The position numbers and the translations under genes are program-made. From positions 1,320,140-1,384,139 of the forward strand of contig OZ219753.1 in NCBI GenBank assembly GCA_964291315.2: DNA of 64,000 nt, read 5' to 3'. The notes beneath the pieces were generated by a model, which was given only the letters and a program-made list of their open reading frames with translations, did no database searches and was not told the DNA's origin. Every line of letters begins with the position of its first letter. Within the stretch, counting starts at the first letter, position 1. Shown here piece after piece: positions 26,276-36,068 of this stretch. The DNA comes from Candidatus Poribacteria bacterium. Its GTDB lineage: Bacteria; Poribacteria; WGA-4E; WGA-3G.

Positions 26276-28912
26276 CTAACCCTCATTTTCAATGACAGCT
26301 TGTGCTGCGGCGAGTCGTGCAATCGGCACACGGAACGGCGAGCACGATACGTAATCGAAGTCTAAGCCGTGGCAGAACTTCACAGAATTCGGCTCCCCGC
26401 CATGTTCACCACAGATACCGAGTTTGAGATCGGGCCGTGTTGCACGCCCTTTTTCAGAACCGATTTGCAAAAGACTGCCAACACCGTCCTGGTCGAGTAC
26501 CTGGAACGGGTCATATTCAAGAATACCGTTTCTGACGTAGGTATCAAGAAATTTCACTGCGTCATCACGACTCATGCCGAATGTCGTCTGGGTGAGATCA
26601 TTGGTGCCGTATGAGAAGAATTCGGCCTCGGCAGCGATTTTGTCAGCCGTGAGTGCTGCACGTGGTAGTTCAATCATCGTGCCGATAAGATACTCGACGC
26701 GCGTGTTGGTCTGTTTAAACACAGTTTCTGCTGTTTCAACAACAATCTTGCGCTGTAAAGATAATTCGTTGATGTGACCGACAAGTGGAATCATAATCTC
26801 TGGTAAGACGGGGATCCCCCGTTTTGAGACCTCGACAGCGGCTTCAAAGATGCCCCGGGCTTGCATCTCGGTTATCTCTGGATAGACGATACCGAGTCTA
26901 CATCCACGATGCCCAAGCATCGGATTAAACTCATGCAGTTCTTCAACACGCCCCCGCAGTTTTTCTGGTTCCACATCGATGCGAGCAGCCAATTCAAGGA
27001 TCTCAGCCTCGCTTTTCGGCAGGAATTCATGGAGCGGTGGATCAAGCGTGCGAATCGTGACCGGGTAACCCGCCATCGCCTCGAAAATACCGATGAAGTC
27101 TGAGCGCTGATGTGGGAGCAATTTTGTCAATGCTTGCTGGCGTTCTTCTATATCATCAGCAAGTATCATCTCACGCACAGCATCAATCCCCGTGCCGAAG
27201 AACATATGTTCGGTGCGACAGAGACCGATCCCTTCCGCGCCAAATTGCCTAGCATTTTTCGCATCTTCAGGCGTATCGGCGTTCGTGCGAATGCCTAAGG
27301 TTCGGATTTCATCCGCCCATTCCATGAGAGTTCCGAATTGACCACTCAGCTCAGGCTGGATAAGCGCGACCTTTCCCTCGAGAACATCCCCCGTAGATCC
27401 GTTGAGCGTGATGAAATCACCTTCAGTGTAGCGTTTCCCCTCAGCGTAAAATTCTCGTGCTTTTTCATTAATGAACAGAGTAGAGCATCCTGCCACACAG
27501 CACTTACCCATCCCGCGGGCGACGACCGCAGCGTGGCTTGTCATGCCTCCGCGGGCAGTGAGGATCCCCTCTGCGGCATCCATGCCGCCGATGTCCTCTG
27601 GTGATGTTTCCGTACGAACGAGAATAACCTTTTCCCCTTTGGCCGCGAGTTCTTCAGCGTGGAGGGCAGTGAAAACAACTTTGCCAACAGCAGCACCCGG
27701 GGAGGCAGGCAAACCTTGTGCGATCACTTCAACGTTAGCCTCCGGGTCAACGCTCGGATGCAGCAGCTGATCGAGATCGTTGGCCGGGACGCGCGTTAAA
27801 GCCGTCCGCTTATCGATTAAACGTTCCTCAGCCATCTCAACAGCGATGCGAACAGCGGCTTGACCGGTACGTTTCCCGTTACGGGTCTGGAGCATGTAGA
27901 GTTTGCCGTCTTGAATCGTAAATTCTACATCTTGCATGTCGCGATAGTGCATCTCAAGATTTAAGCCGATCTCGACCAATTCTTCATGCACATCGGGCAA
28001 GATGTTTTTCAATTCAGCGATGGGGAGCGGTGTACGGATGCCGGCGACCACATCTTCGCCTTGGGCATTCATGAGGAATTCTCCATAGAACTGGTTTGCC
28101 CCAGTTGACGGGTTCCGGGTGAAGGCTACTCCTGTCCCAGAACTTCCGCCCATATTTCCGAATACCATCGCTTGGACGTTAACAGCGGTACGCCCGAGCT
28201 CCTCGGAAATATCGTTGAGCCGACGGTAGGTAATAGCCCGCTGGTTTCCAGAAGATTCAAAAACAGCATCTCGTGCCATGTCTAGCTGCTGTCGAGGTTC
28301 ATCAGGAAAATCATCGCCTGTGTGCTGTCTAACAATGTTCTTAAACTCTTGGACGAGTTCCACTAAATCATGGGCTTCTAATTCAGTATCTAACGTAACG
28401 CCCTTAGTCTTTTTCTTTTCTTCGAGTAAATGCTCAAATTCATCGTGATCGACGTTAAGCACAACATTTCCAAACATCTGGACGAAGCGCCGGTAGGCAT
28501 CATAAGCGAAACGTTTGTTTTCGGATTTAGCGATCAGCCCTTTAACTGCATCATCATTTAAACCGAGGTTGAGAATTGTATCCATCATACCGGGCATCGA
28601 GACAGCAGCCCCAGAACGCACAGAAAGGAGGAGTGGGTTTTCGGTATCACCGAATTTTGAACCGAGGGCGGCCTCTAATTTCGCTAAGTTCTCGTCAATC
28701 TGTTCGTCGAGCCCAGCGGGGTACTGTTTGTCATTTTCGTAGTATAATTTACAGACCTCAGTGGAGATAGTGAAGCCGGGCGGAACAGGGATACCGAGAT
28801 TGCTCATCTCCGCAAGATTTGCTCCTTTCCCGCCGAGGAGCGACCGCATTGTAGCGTCGCCTTCGCTCTCACTACCTCCAAAGAAGTAGACATACTTTGG
28901 TTGTGGCATCAA
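26276..28912 (-). CDS. ppdK: pyruvate, phosphate dikinase
   Basis: 878 aa. Blocks read: LLGGKGANLAEM, the phospho-His block GGMTSHAAVVARGMGK, and the PEP-utilising C-terminal blocks GLCRTEHMFF and SYGTNDLTQ. Confidence 0.93.
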   Translation of the reverse strand: MMPQPKYVYFFGGSESEGDATMRSLLGGKGANLAEMSNLGIPVPPGFTISTEVCKLYYENDKQYPAGLDEQIDENLAKLEAALGSKFGDTENPLLLSVRSGAAVSMPGMMDTILNLGLNDDAVKGLIAKSENKRFAYDAYRRFVQMFGNVVLNVDHDEFEHLLEEKKKTKGVTLDTELEAHDLVELVQEFKNIVRQHTGDDFPDEPRQQLDMARDAVFESSGNQRAITYRRLNDISEELGRTAVNVQAMVFGNMGGSSGTGVAFTRNPSTGANQFYGEFLMNAQGEDVVAGIRTPLPIAELKNILPDVHEELVEIGLNLEMHYRDMQDVEFTIQDGKLYMLQTRNGKRTGQAAVRIAVEMAEERLIDKRTALTRVPANDLDQLLHPSVDPEANVEVIAQGLPASPGAAVGKVVFTALHAEELAAKGEKVILVRTETSPEDIGGMDAAEGILTARGGMTSHAAVVARGMGKCCVAGCSTLFINEKAREFYAEGKRYTEGDFITLNGSTGDVLEGKVALIQPELSGQFGTLMEWADEIRTLGIRTNADTPEDAKNARQFGAEGIGLCRTEHMFFGTGIDAVREMILADDIEERQQALTKLLPHQRSDFIGIFEAMAGYPVTIRTLDPPLHEFLPKSEAEILELAARIDVEPEKLRGRVEELHEFNPMLGHRGCRLGIVYPEITEMQARGIFEAAVEVSKRGIPVLPEIMIPLVGHINELSLQRKIVVETAETVFKQTNTRVEYLIGTMIELPRAALTADKIAAEAEFFSYGTNDLTQTTFGMSRDDAVKFLDTYVRNGILEYDPFQVLDQDGVGSLLQIGSEKGRATRPDLKLGICGEHGGEPNSVKFCHGLDFDYVSCSPFRVPIARLAAAQAVIENEG

Positions 28913-29049
28913 AAGCCTCCTATGATTGGTTATTAGTGTTGTATTGTATCGTCATCGGCATTCAGTAGACGATGGCAGCGGTTTTTATCGTTTTCACCTG
29001 CCACAAGATCTGCTCTACTGAACGCTGGGGTTATTTCGTTGACAACTCT

Positions 29050-30411
29050 TTAAATTGAGTAAATTGTACGGCTTGCTTCGTCAAATTCGGGTTTAAAAGG
29101 ATCCGTTGAAAGATAAAGAATCTGGTATGGCTCATAAAGTTGAATATAACTCCAATTCACCCCGCACAGCACTTTCCCTTGGTTTACTTTTTTGATGAAT
29201 TTGCCTCTAAACTTGGCTCTCGTGCGTTCAGGCGGGAAATTTTCAGCACGCCGAATTTGCTCGTCTCCGACAATCCGTTCAATCTCGCCCCGATTTTCGA
29301 GCGCATAGTAAAGACTTTCTTGCTGCCGTACGTTATGGTATTTTAAATCCAAGTGTTTGACTTGCGGAGCGTCCCAATCAAAACCGCGTCTTGTGAGATA
29401 TGTCTGTAACCACTTCCACTTAATCACCCAATCCAATTCGCGATCCAGCTGCGTTGGATCACTTTCTAAACAGGTGAGGACATACTCCCATCGCGCCATA
29501 ATTTGTGTTGTCGTTGCATCAGATTCGGCTTGTTCGAGGTAGCGTTTTGCACACTCTAAATACTGCCATTGCAGCTGAACAGCCGAGACTCGCTTTCCGT
29601 TTTGAAGTTCAATGAGGTGCTTGCAGGTAATGTCATTAGAAATATCGCGTATAGCTCTAACGGGGTTCCGAAGGGCGAAACGTTGTTCAATGAAATTGTC
29701 TTCAATCATACGGAGGATAATGCCGGTGGTTCCGACTTTCAAAAAAGTGGAAAATTCGGACATGTTTGAATCTCCCACGATAACGTGTAAGCGCCTATAT
29801 TTCTCCCGATCCGCATGCGGTTCATCGCGTGTGTTGATAATTCCGCGTGCGGTTGTTGTGCCGATAGAGATTTCTTCCCGGATGTGTTCAGCCCGCTGCG
29901 AGATGGCGTAATAACCTTGATGCCTCGGTTTGATTTTCCCCCCGCCTGTGAAGACCTGCCGCGTCACAAAGAATGGAATCAGCTGTGCTGCGATCTGTCG
30001 AAAATCGACATGACGCTCCATCAAATAGTTTTCATGGCATCCGTATGTATTTCCGGGGGTATCCAAGTTGTTCTTAAAAATGGATATCCTGCCGAAGAAT
30101 CCATCATTGCGCATGCGTCTTTCAGCTGTTGTTGCAAGGCGCGTAATGATACGCTCACCTGCCTTATCGTGAGCAACCAGCTCAGCAACGTCATCACACT
30201 CTGGGGTAGCATATTCTGGATGGCATCCTATATCTTGATAAAACCTTGCACCGTTTTCAAGGAAAACATCAGGATACATTCTCCCCGCCACGATTTCGCG
30301 GAAGAGATACATCACAACGTTCTGGACAGTGAGTGTTTTTCTACGCGGCGCGTCCGGGGTCCAGATGATCCCGAATTCAGTTTCCAGTCCGTAAATCCTA
30401 CGATTCATCAA
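29050..30411 (-). CDS. pafA: Pup--protein ligase
   Basis: 453 aa. Blocks read: YGLETEFGI, GCHENYL, RLHVIVGDSNMSE. It is the shorter of the two Dop/PafA paralogs and lies last in the cluster, as in actinobacteria. Confidence 0.8.
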   Translation of the reverse strand: MMNRRIYGLETEFGIIWTPDAPRRKTLTVQNVVMYLFREIVAGRMYPDVFLENGARFYQDIGCHPEYATPECDDVAELVAHDKAGERIITRLATTAERRMRNDGFFGRISIFKNNLDTPGNTYGCHENYLMERHVDFRQIAAQLIPFFVTRQVFTGGGKIKPRHQGYYAISQRAEHIREEISIGTTTARGIINTRDEPHADREKYRRLHVIVGDSNMSEFSTFLKVGTTGIILRMIEDNFIEQRFALRNPVRAIRDISNDITCKHLIELQNGKRVSAVQLQWQYLECAKRYLEQAESDATTTQIMARWEYVLTCLESDPTQLDRELDWVIKWKWLQTYLTRRGFDWDAPQVKHLDLKYHNVRQQESLYYALENRGEIERIVGDEQIRRAENFPPERTRAKFRGKFIKKVNQGKVLCGVNWSYIQLYEPYQILYLSTDPFKPEFDEASRTIYSI

Positions 30412-30492
30412 TTACCTCTCGATAAATACCTTTGCCATCATGAACTTGGCTGTATTTGCAAACAAACGGTGTCACATTGAATAGTTGGCAGA

Positions 30493-31218
30493 TCATGAGA
30501 GAAGATATGTGATCTCTTCAGTCGAAAGGCGACGGAATCTCCGGCGTTCAGCGGTCTGCTCAAGACAAGCAACCTCTATGGTTTGGGGGGTGATTTGATG
30601 CCCGGCTTCGAGCTCTGTCTCTGTTTCAACACTCTGAAAGGTTTCTGTTACGAGTCGGAGTGCTGCCGCCATTTCTAGTCCATCCGTATAATCTTGTTCC
30701 AGCCTTTCTGTTATCGCAGTAGTACGCCCGCCAATAACGGCATACTTTTCTTCTTCCGAGTAGATACCATCGAACGCAATATGGTAAATCTGAGTGTGTT
30801 GTCGCCGGCTTGTTCCTTCGTTACCGGCCATCCCGATTTCACACACAAGGAGTTCGATCTCCAAAGGTTTCGCATCCCATGCTTGGGCAACTGCCCCCAT
30901 ATGTTGTGAGTAGAGGTTGGTTAGCCATTTTGCAGTGACATCCTCTCGGTAGTACCGGAACCCTTTGATTTCAGATTCTCGGATACCGGCGACGCGTAAT
31001 GCTTCATATTCAGCAATCCGCCCTGCCGCTGCAAGAGCGATTCGGTCATAAATTTCGGAAATCTTATAAATGGTTTTGCGCGGGTTCTCGGCAACCATGA
31101 GGAGACCCCCTCGGTATTCTAAGACGACTACCTCTTTTGCCTGTGCAATGCCGCGTCGGACAAAATCTTCTTTATCCTGACGAATTTGATCGGGGGAAAC
31201 ATAATAAGGTGTGGACAT
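30493..31218 (-). CDS. prcA: 20S proteasome alpha subunit
   Basis: 241 aa. The N-terminus MSTPYYVSPDQIRQDKEDFVRRGIAQAKEVVVLEY..LLMVAENP...KISEIYDRIALAAAG is collinear with bacterial PrcA. Confidence 0.85.
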   Translation of the reverse strand: MSTPYYVSPDQIRQDKEDFVRRGIAQAKEVVVLEYRGGLLMVAENPRKTIYKISEIYDRIALAAAGRIAEYEALRVAGIRESEIKGFRYYREDVTAKWLTNLYSQHMGAVAQAWDAKPLEIELLVCEIGMAGNEGTSRRQHTQIYHIAFDGIYSEEEKYAVIGGRTTAITERLEQDYTDGLEMAAALRLVTETFQSVETETELEAGHQITPQTIEVACLEQTAERRRFRRLSTEEITYLLS

Positions 31219-31294
31219 GTCTGTGTTTTTTGTGTTCCGAGGAGTACGAAGACGACATTAGTGCCAGTTGACTATAGGTGCATTGAACTCAGCA

Positions 31295-32089
31295 CTATAG
31301 ACGGGCTATCAACCTTCTATAGAGCTCTTCAACAGTCGTCTCAGGAATGTCGGTCACTCCTTCTTTAGTGACGGTGTAAAACGTAGGGAAGATTTTCCGA
31401 ATGAGATCAGGGCCACCTGTTGCTATATCCTCATCAGCAGCATCCCAGAGGGCTTCTGCGGCGATGTCAAGTGTTTCCGGATAGGCGATTCCTGGCTTAT
31501 ACCGTTTTTTAAGCGTCGCGCGTGCATCTTTGCCACCGGAGCCGATAGCGTAATAGTCCGCTTCCTCATAACGACCACCGACGGCATCATATTTAAATAT
31601 CCTACCGCGTTGTTGTTTTAAGTCAAAACCGGCAAAGAGCGGCAAGACGACTAATCCCTGCATAGCGAGCCCGAGGTTTGATCGTACTAAGTGGGCAAGG
31701 AAGTTTGCCTGCCCTTCCAAGCTCAGACGGATACCTTCCGTTTTTTCATAAAATTCAACTTCAACTTGGAAGAGCTTTGCCATCTCAATGCAAGGGCCGG
31801 CGGCTCCCGCAACAGCGATTGCAGAGTGCCGATCCACCGGATAGACTTTCTGGATCCGCCGCTCACCAACTTGATGCCCTTCTGTTGCCTGCCGGTCACC
31901 AGCCATAATAACCCCAGCATTATAGACCACAGCAAGCACTGTTGTCCCTTCATAATATTGGGCGGAGGACTCCGTTATAACGGAATTGGAACCAGTATTA
32001 GACGAATGGAGCCCTGTTAACAATTCAGGATGGCGACGTTTGAGGATTTCAAAGAAGTTAGCGGTGCCATAGTCGCTGAGATCAAGCAC
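31295..32089 (-). CDS. prcB: 20S proteasome beta subunit (with propeptide)
   Basis: 264 aa with a GTG start 3 nt after the pup stop. A propeptide precedes the G/TTVLAV catalytic-Thr junction. The AGDRQAT block is present. Confidence 0.85.
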   Translation of the reverse strand: MLDLSDYGTANFFEILKRRHPELLTGLHSSNTGSNSVITESSAQYYEGTTVLAVVYNAGVIMAGDRQATEGHQVGERRIQKVYPVDRHSAIAVAGAAGPCIEMAKLFQVEVEFYEKTEGIRLSLEGQANFLAHLVRSNLGLAMQGLVVLPLFAGFDLKQQRGRIFKYDAVGGRYEEADYYAIGSGGKDARATLKKRYKPGIAYPETLDIAAEALWDAADEDIATGGPDLIRKIFPTFYTVTKEGVTDIPETTVEELYRRLIARL

Positions 32090-32091
32090 TC

Positions 32092-32289
32092 CTATTGCCC
32101 TCCCCGCTGGATATAGTTTTCGACGAATTCCTGTGAATTTTCTTCCAAGATGTCATCAATTTCATCAAGGAGCGCATCTAAGTTTTCAACAAATTCCTCG
32201 TCCATTTCGCCCTGCTCAACGTTCGGCTGAATCTCTTCGGTTCCATCAACCTGCCGATCAAGGTGTTCCTGTTGTTTTTCAGTAGACAT
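32092..32289 (-). CDS. pup: prokaryotic ubiquitin-like protein Pup
   Basis: 65 aa and acidic, with the C-terminal ...YIQRGGQ. A GGQ end implies Dop-dependent deamidation. It sits between dop and prcB. Confidence 0.85.
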   Translation of the reverse strand: MSTEKQQEHLDRQVDGTEEIQPNVEQGEMDEEFVENLDALLDEIDDILEENSQEFVENYIQRGGQ

Positions 32290-32366
32290 TGTTTTCTCCT
32301 TTTATACGTATCGGTATCTAATTAAAGCGTTTGTAGCGGTTGTGTTTTGTTCCGCTGCTACAATTG

Positions 32367-33914
32367 CTACTGACTGTTGACCCCTGACGACTGCTTTGAA
32401 GCATCGCCTCGGATATCCCTAACGAGTTCCTCTGCTGTACAAGTATTCAGCAACTCGCCAACGATCTGTTGTGTACCGAAGTGGGGGCGATCCATTATAA
32501 TTTTGTCAAGCCCCCCTGACTTACTGATAAAAATCATTGAGTTCCAGCTTGCACTATAAATGCTCTCTGGAAATTTCCGTAAACAGGTTCCGCGAAAGTA
32601 TGCCCGCGTATCTATAGGTGGATAATGCATCGCATGCACAACTTCTTCGTGGCTCAGTAAACGTTTAACATGACCATTCTTCGCTAGTCTCATATAGAGT
32701 CCTCTGTCTGGACGAAGATCATGGTATTGCAAGTCTAACATCTGGAGGTGTGAATCGTCCCATTGATATCCATGGCGCCTCCGATAGGCATCCAGTAACT
32801 TTTTTTTGATAACCCAATCGAGATAGTGCCCTAATCGGCTCGGGTCAACCGCTAAGTTATCAAGCACGTACTGCCATTTTTCAAGTACATCTTCGATCAC
32901 GGGGGTCCGTTCTTCAGCTGTGAGATGTTGCCGGGCCAGCTCAAGGTATGCGCGTTGCACCTCTATCGGGGTCCACGCCCTTCCGTCTTGGAGTTCTATC
33001 GGGTTTTTGCAGGAAAGATCGCGCGAGATGCTTTTTATCGCCGCGACCGGTTCCTTCAAACTAAATTGATCTTCGACAACCCCCTTTTCAATCAGCTGGA
33101 GTGCAATCATAGTAATACCAGCCTTGAGATAGATGCTGAACTCCGACATGTTAGAATCACCAACGATGACATGCAACCGGCGATAGTGTTTGTCATCTGC
33201 GTGTGGTTCATCGCGCGTGTTAATGAGCGGCCGATTTACCATAGTACTCAGCCCCACTTCTTGTTCAAAGAAGTCGGCACGCTGAGAAATTTGATAATCT
33301 ATGGTGTCAGCCGTATTTTCGGCACCGACTTTGCCGCTCCCGGTAATAATAATGCGAGTGACAAGGAACGGGATTAAGCCATCAATAATGTCCTCAAACG
33401 GAATTTTTCGGGACATGAGGTAGTTCTCATGTGACCCGTAACTATGCCCCTTGTAATCGGTATTGTTTTTATAGATGATAATCTCTTGATTGTCAAGCAG
33501 CAAACGTCCAGCTGCGGCTCTACTGACCTCTAATATTAATTCTCCTGCTTTTTCATACAGGAGCAGGTCGCGCGGGTTACTACATTCAGGCGTGCAATAT
33601 TCAGGATGCGCGTGGTCCACATAATAACGTCCACCGTTTATCAAGATGTCGTTGACAGTGCTACCTGTGTCGGGCTCCGCAGGAATCCGATCCGCCTCGG
33701 CTTGAAACCCGCGGGCATCCATTAACGGACTCTCTTGTTCATAATCCCACGTGACAGAAGCACCAGGGCTCGGCAGATCCGCGACGCAGCTTTTATACGC
33801 ATTGACTACCAAAGTAGAGGCAGCGACGGGGTCTTGCTCACGCGCGTTTTTGACTGAGATACCATACTCAGTCTCTGTTCCCATTATTATAGGAGTTCGC
33901 ATTTTTTTCGCCAT
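32367..33914 (-). CDS. dop: Pup deamidase/depupylase
   Basis: 515 aa counted from MAKKMRTPIIMGTETEYGI; the ORF stays open up to 33989, so the start is uncertain. Blocks read: GSHENYL and RLHVIVGDSNMSE. It is longer than PafA because of an extra loop region. It lies immediately upstream of pup. Confidence 0.78.
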   Translation of the reverse strand: MAKKMRTPIIMGTETEYGISVKNAREQDPVAASTLVVNAYKSCVADLPSPGASVTWDYEQESPLMDARGFQAEADRIPAEPDTGSTVNDILINGGRYYVDHAHPEYCTPECSNPRDLLLYEKAGELILEVSRAAAGRLLLDNQEIIIYKNNTDYKGHSYGSHENYLMSRKIPFEDIIDGLIPFLVTRIIITGSGKVGAENTADTIDYQISQRADFFEQEVGLSTMVNRPLINTRDEPHADDKHYRRLHVIVGDSNMSEFSIYLKAGITMIALQLIEKGVVEDQFSLKEPVAAIKSISRDLSCKNPIELQDGRAWTPIEVQRAYLELARQHLTAEERTPVIEDVLEKWQYVLDNLAVDPSRLGHYLDWVIKKKLLDAYRRRHGYQWDDSHLQMLDLQYHDLRPDRGLYMRLAKNGHVKRLLSHEEVVHAMHYPPIDTRAYFRGTCLRKFPESIYSASWNSMIFISKSGGLDKIIMDRPHFGTQQIVGELLNTCTAEELVRDIRGDASKQSSGVNSQ

Positions 33915-34001
33915 CGATAATTCATTGCGGCGGTTGCTGACGTTTGCACCTATCAAGACCGTTTTAGCTTCCAGCAACCGACAGTCCATAGCTGAAAGCC
34001 A

Positions 34002-35801
34002 TCAAAGAAAAGTGCCCCCGCGGGTTACACGGACGCTCTGTTTTTTCTCTTGTGTAGGTTCGTTAATCAAGGCACGGATATTGACAATCTTTTCGCCTTT
34101 ACGACCAGAAATTTTCGCCCAATCGTCGGGATTTGTCGTGTTCGGCAGGTCCTCGTTTTCTTGATACTCTTCTTGGATAGCTCCTTTCAGATCATCAAGG
34201 CGCATCCCTTTTTCCAACCCATCAGAACCGATAAACCGCTTGATCGCTGTTTTCTTTGCGCGGGACACGATGTTCTCAATCATCGCACCACTGACAAAAT
34301 CCTTGAAAAAGAGGGTCTCGCGTTCTCCGCGGGCGTAAGTTACTTCAATAAATCGATTCTTCTCAGTGGTTGCATACATTTCGTCTACCGCTTCAGTAAT
34401 AAAGTGTTTTGCGATTGCCTCAGGATCCCCCTCGAATTGCTGGCGGGTATCCTCAGAAAAGGGCAGCTCTGGTGTTAGGTATATGCCGAAGATGTCTTTA
34501 GCACCCTCCGGGCTGGGGCGGTCGATTTTAATCTTAATGTCTAGTCTGCCGGGCCGTAAAACCGCTGGATCAAGCAGATCTTGACGGTTGCTAGCTCCAA
34601 TGACAATTACGTCTCGTAGGTTCTCTATGCCATCAATCTCGGCGAGAAACTGCGGCACAAGGGTTGACTCCATATCCGATGAGATTCCCATACCTCTGGA
34701 TCGGAACAGTGAGTCCATTTCGTCAAAGAAGATAATAACCGGGAAACCTTCTCTGGACTTATCTCGTGCCTTCTGAAATATCTCTCGAATTTTACGTTCA
34801 GTTTCACCAACGTACTTATTGAGGAGCTCGGGGCCCTTGATATTAATAAAATAGCCGCGCACTTCGTCCCGGCCGGTTTGCTTGCGAACCCGCTCCGCAA
34901 TCCCGCTGGCAACCGCACGAGCTATCAAAGTTTTGCCACACCCCGGGGGGCCGTAGAGAAGCACACCTTTAGGGGGCGAGAGGTTGAATTCTTCGTACTC
35001 CTTCGGATACAGATACGGCATCTCAATAGCATCGCGAATTGCCTCTATCTGTGTATCAAGACCTCCGATGTCAGCGTATCCGATGTCTGGTACCTCTTCG
35101 AGAAAGAGATCTTCAACTTCATGTTTGGGAAGTTTCTCCATGAGCATACTTGTGGTATGGTTGAGAAGCACGTTATCCCCAGTTTTCAAAACGACCTCTT
35201 TGAGAGCTGCAGCGACTCTAACGACACGCTCTTCGTCCATGCGTAAACTAACGATAGCAAGTTCATCGTCAATCCGTTCTTTAATTTTCACGACCTCGCC
35301 ATGCCTCTCGGCAGCCTTAACGCCGACAACATTCATCCCGCTGTTGACGATAACTTCCTGTCCGACCGAGATATCTTGTGCCTTGAGTCCCGGATCAAGA
35401 TTGACCCGCCATTTTCTGCCGGTAATGTCGACATCAACGGTGCCGTCTTCGTTTGCACCCAGGAAAACCGCATAATTATTTGGCGGTGCGCTCAGCTGTT
35501 CAACCTTTTCCCTGAGTATCTGGAGTTTTTCTTTGGCTTCTTGTAGGGTCCCCGTCAACTTCTTGTTTCGACGATGCGCCGTCATCAACTCACGCTGCAT
35601 CTCATAGAGTCGACTTTCAAGATCTTTAACATAGGCTGCACGTTGCTGCTGCCGCATGCCTTCGAGCTCATCTTGAAGCATATCAACCGTCCCTTGGAGC
35701 GTACGAATCTGCTGTTGATACCAGACAGCATCAAATGTATCTTGCTCTTCAAAGGAATCCTTGGAATTTCCTCTTTTGATAGCCATACGTGAAATTCTCA
35801 C
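34002..35801 (-). CDS. mpa: proteasome-associated AAA+ ATPase (Mpa/ARC)
   Basis: 599 aa. It has an N-terminal coiled coil, an OB-like interdomain, Walker A (GPPGCGKT) and Walker B (IIFFDEMD). The C-terminus is ...GGTFL. Confidence 0.85.
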   Translation of the reverse strand: MRISRMAIKRGNSKDSFEEQDTFDAVWYQQQIRTLQGTVDMLQDELEGMRQQQRAAYVKDLESRLYEMQRELMTAHRRNKKLTGTLQEAKEKLQILREKVEQLSAPPNNYAVFLGANEDGTVDVDITGRKWRVNLDPGLKAQDISVGQEVIVNSGMNVVGVKAAERHGEVVKIKERIDDELAIVSLRMDEERVVRVAAALKEVVLKTGDNVLLNHTTSMLMEKLPKHEVEDLFLEEVPDIGYADIGGLDTQIEAIRDAIEMPYLYPKEYEEFNLSPPKGVLLYGPPGCGKTLIARAVASGIAERVRKQTGRDEVRGYFINIKGPELLNKYVGETERKIREIFQKARDKSREGFPVIIFFDEMDSLFRSRGMGISSDMESTLVPQFLAEIDGIENLRDVIVIGASNRQDLLDPAVLRPGRLDIKIKIDRPSPEGAKDIFGIYLTPELPFSEDTRQQFEGDPEAIAKHFITEAVDEMYATTEKNRFIEVTYARGERETLFFKDFVSGAMIENIVSRAKKTAIKRFIGSDGLEKGMRLDDLKGAIQEEYQENEDLPNTTNPDDWAKISGRKGEKIVNIRALINEPTQEKKQSVRVTRGGTFL

Positions 35802-35908
35802 TTTCCAAAACGTATTTTTGACCTCACCGGTGACAGCGAAGATCGGATAGACAAATAAATAGCCTCAATCGGGCTTCAGGCTTTACGCTAATCATCTCTA
35901 TTCATTAG

Positions 35909-35937
35909 AGTATAGCACACCGAAAATTTTGTGTCAA
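35909..35937 (-). promoter_or_regulatory. candidate sigma70 promoter of the mpa-dop-pup-prcBA-pafA operon
   Basis: On the minus strand: TTGACA (35937-35932), a 17-nt spacer ending in TGC (extended -10), then TATACT (35914-35909). Confidence 0.5.
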
Positions 35938-36068
35938 GAAAAAATTACAGACTCCGTTTCATCAACCCGCTCAGGCGATTTCATATACCTGAAAATTGGA
36001 AACTTTAAACGAAAAACGGGCGGTATCAGAAATTCGTGCCGTAAAGGTCCAGCACTTCACGCTATAGC

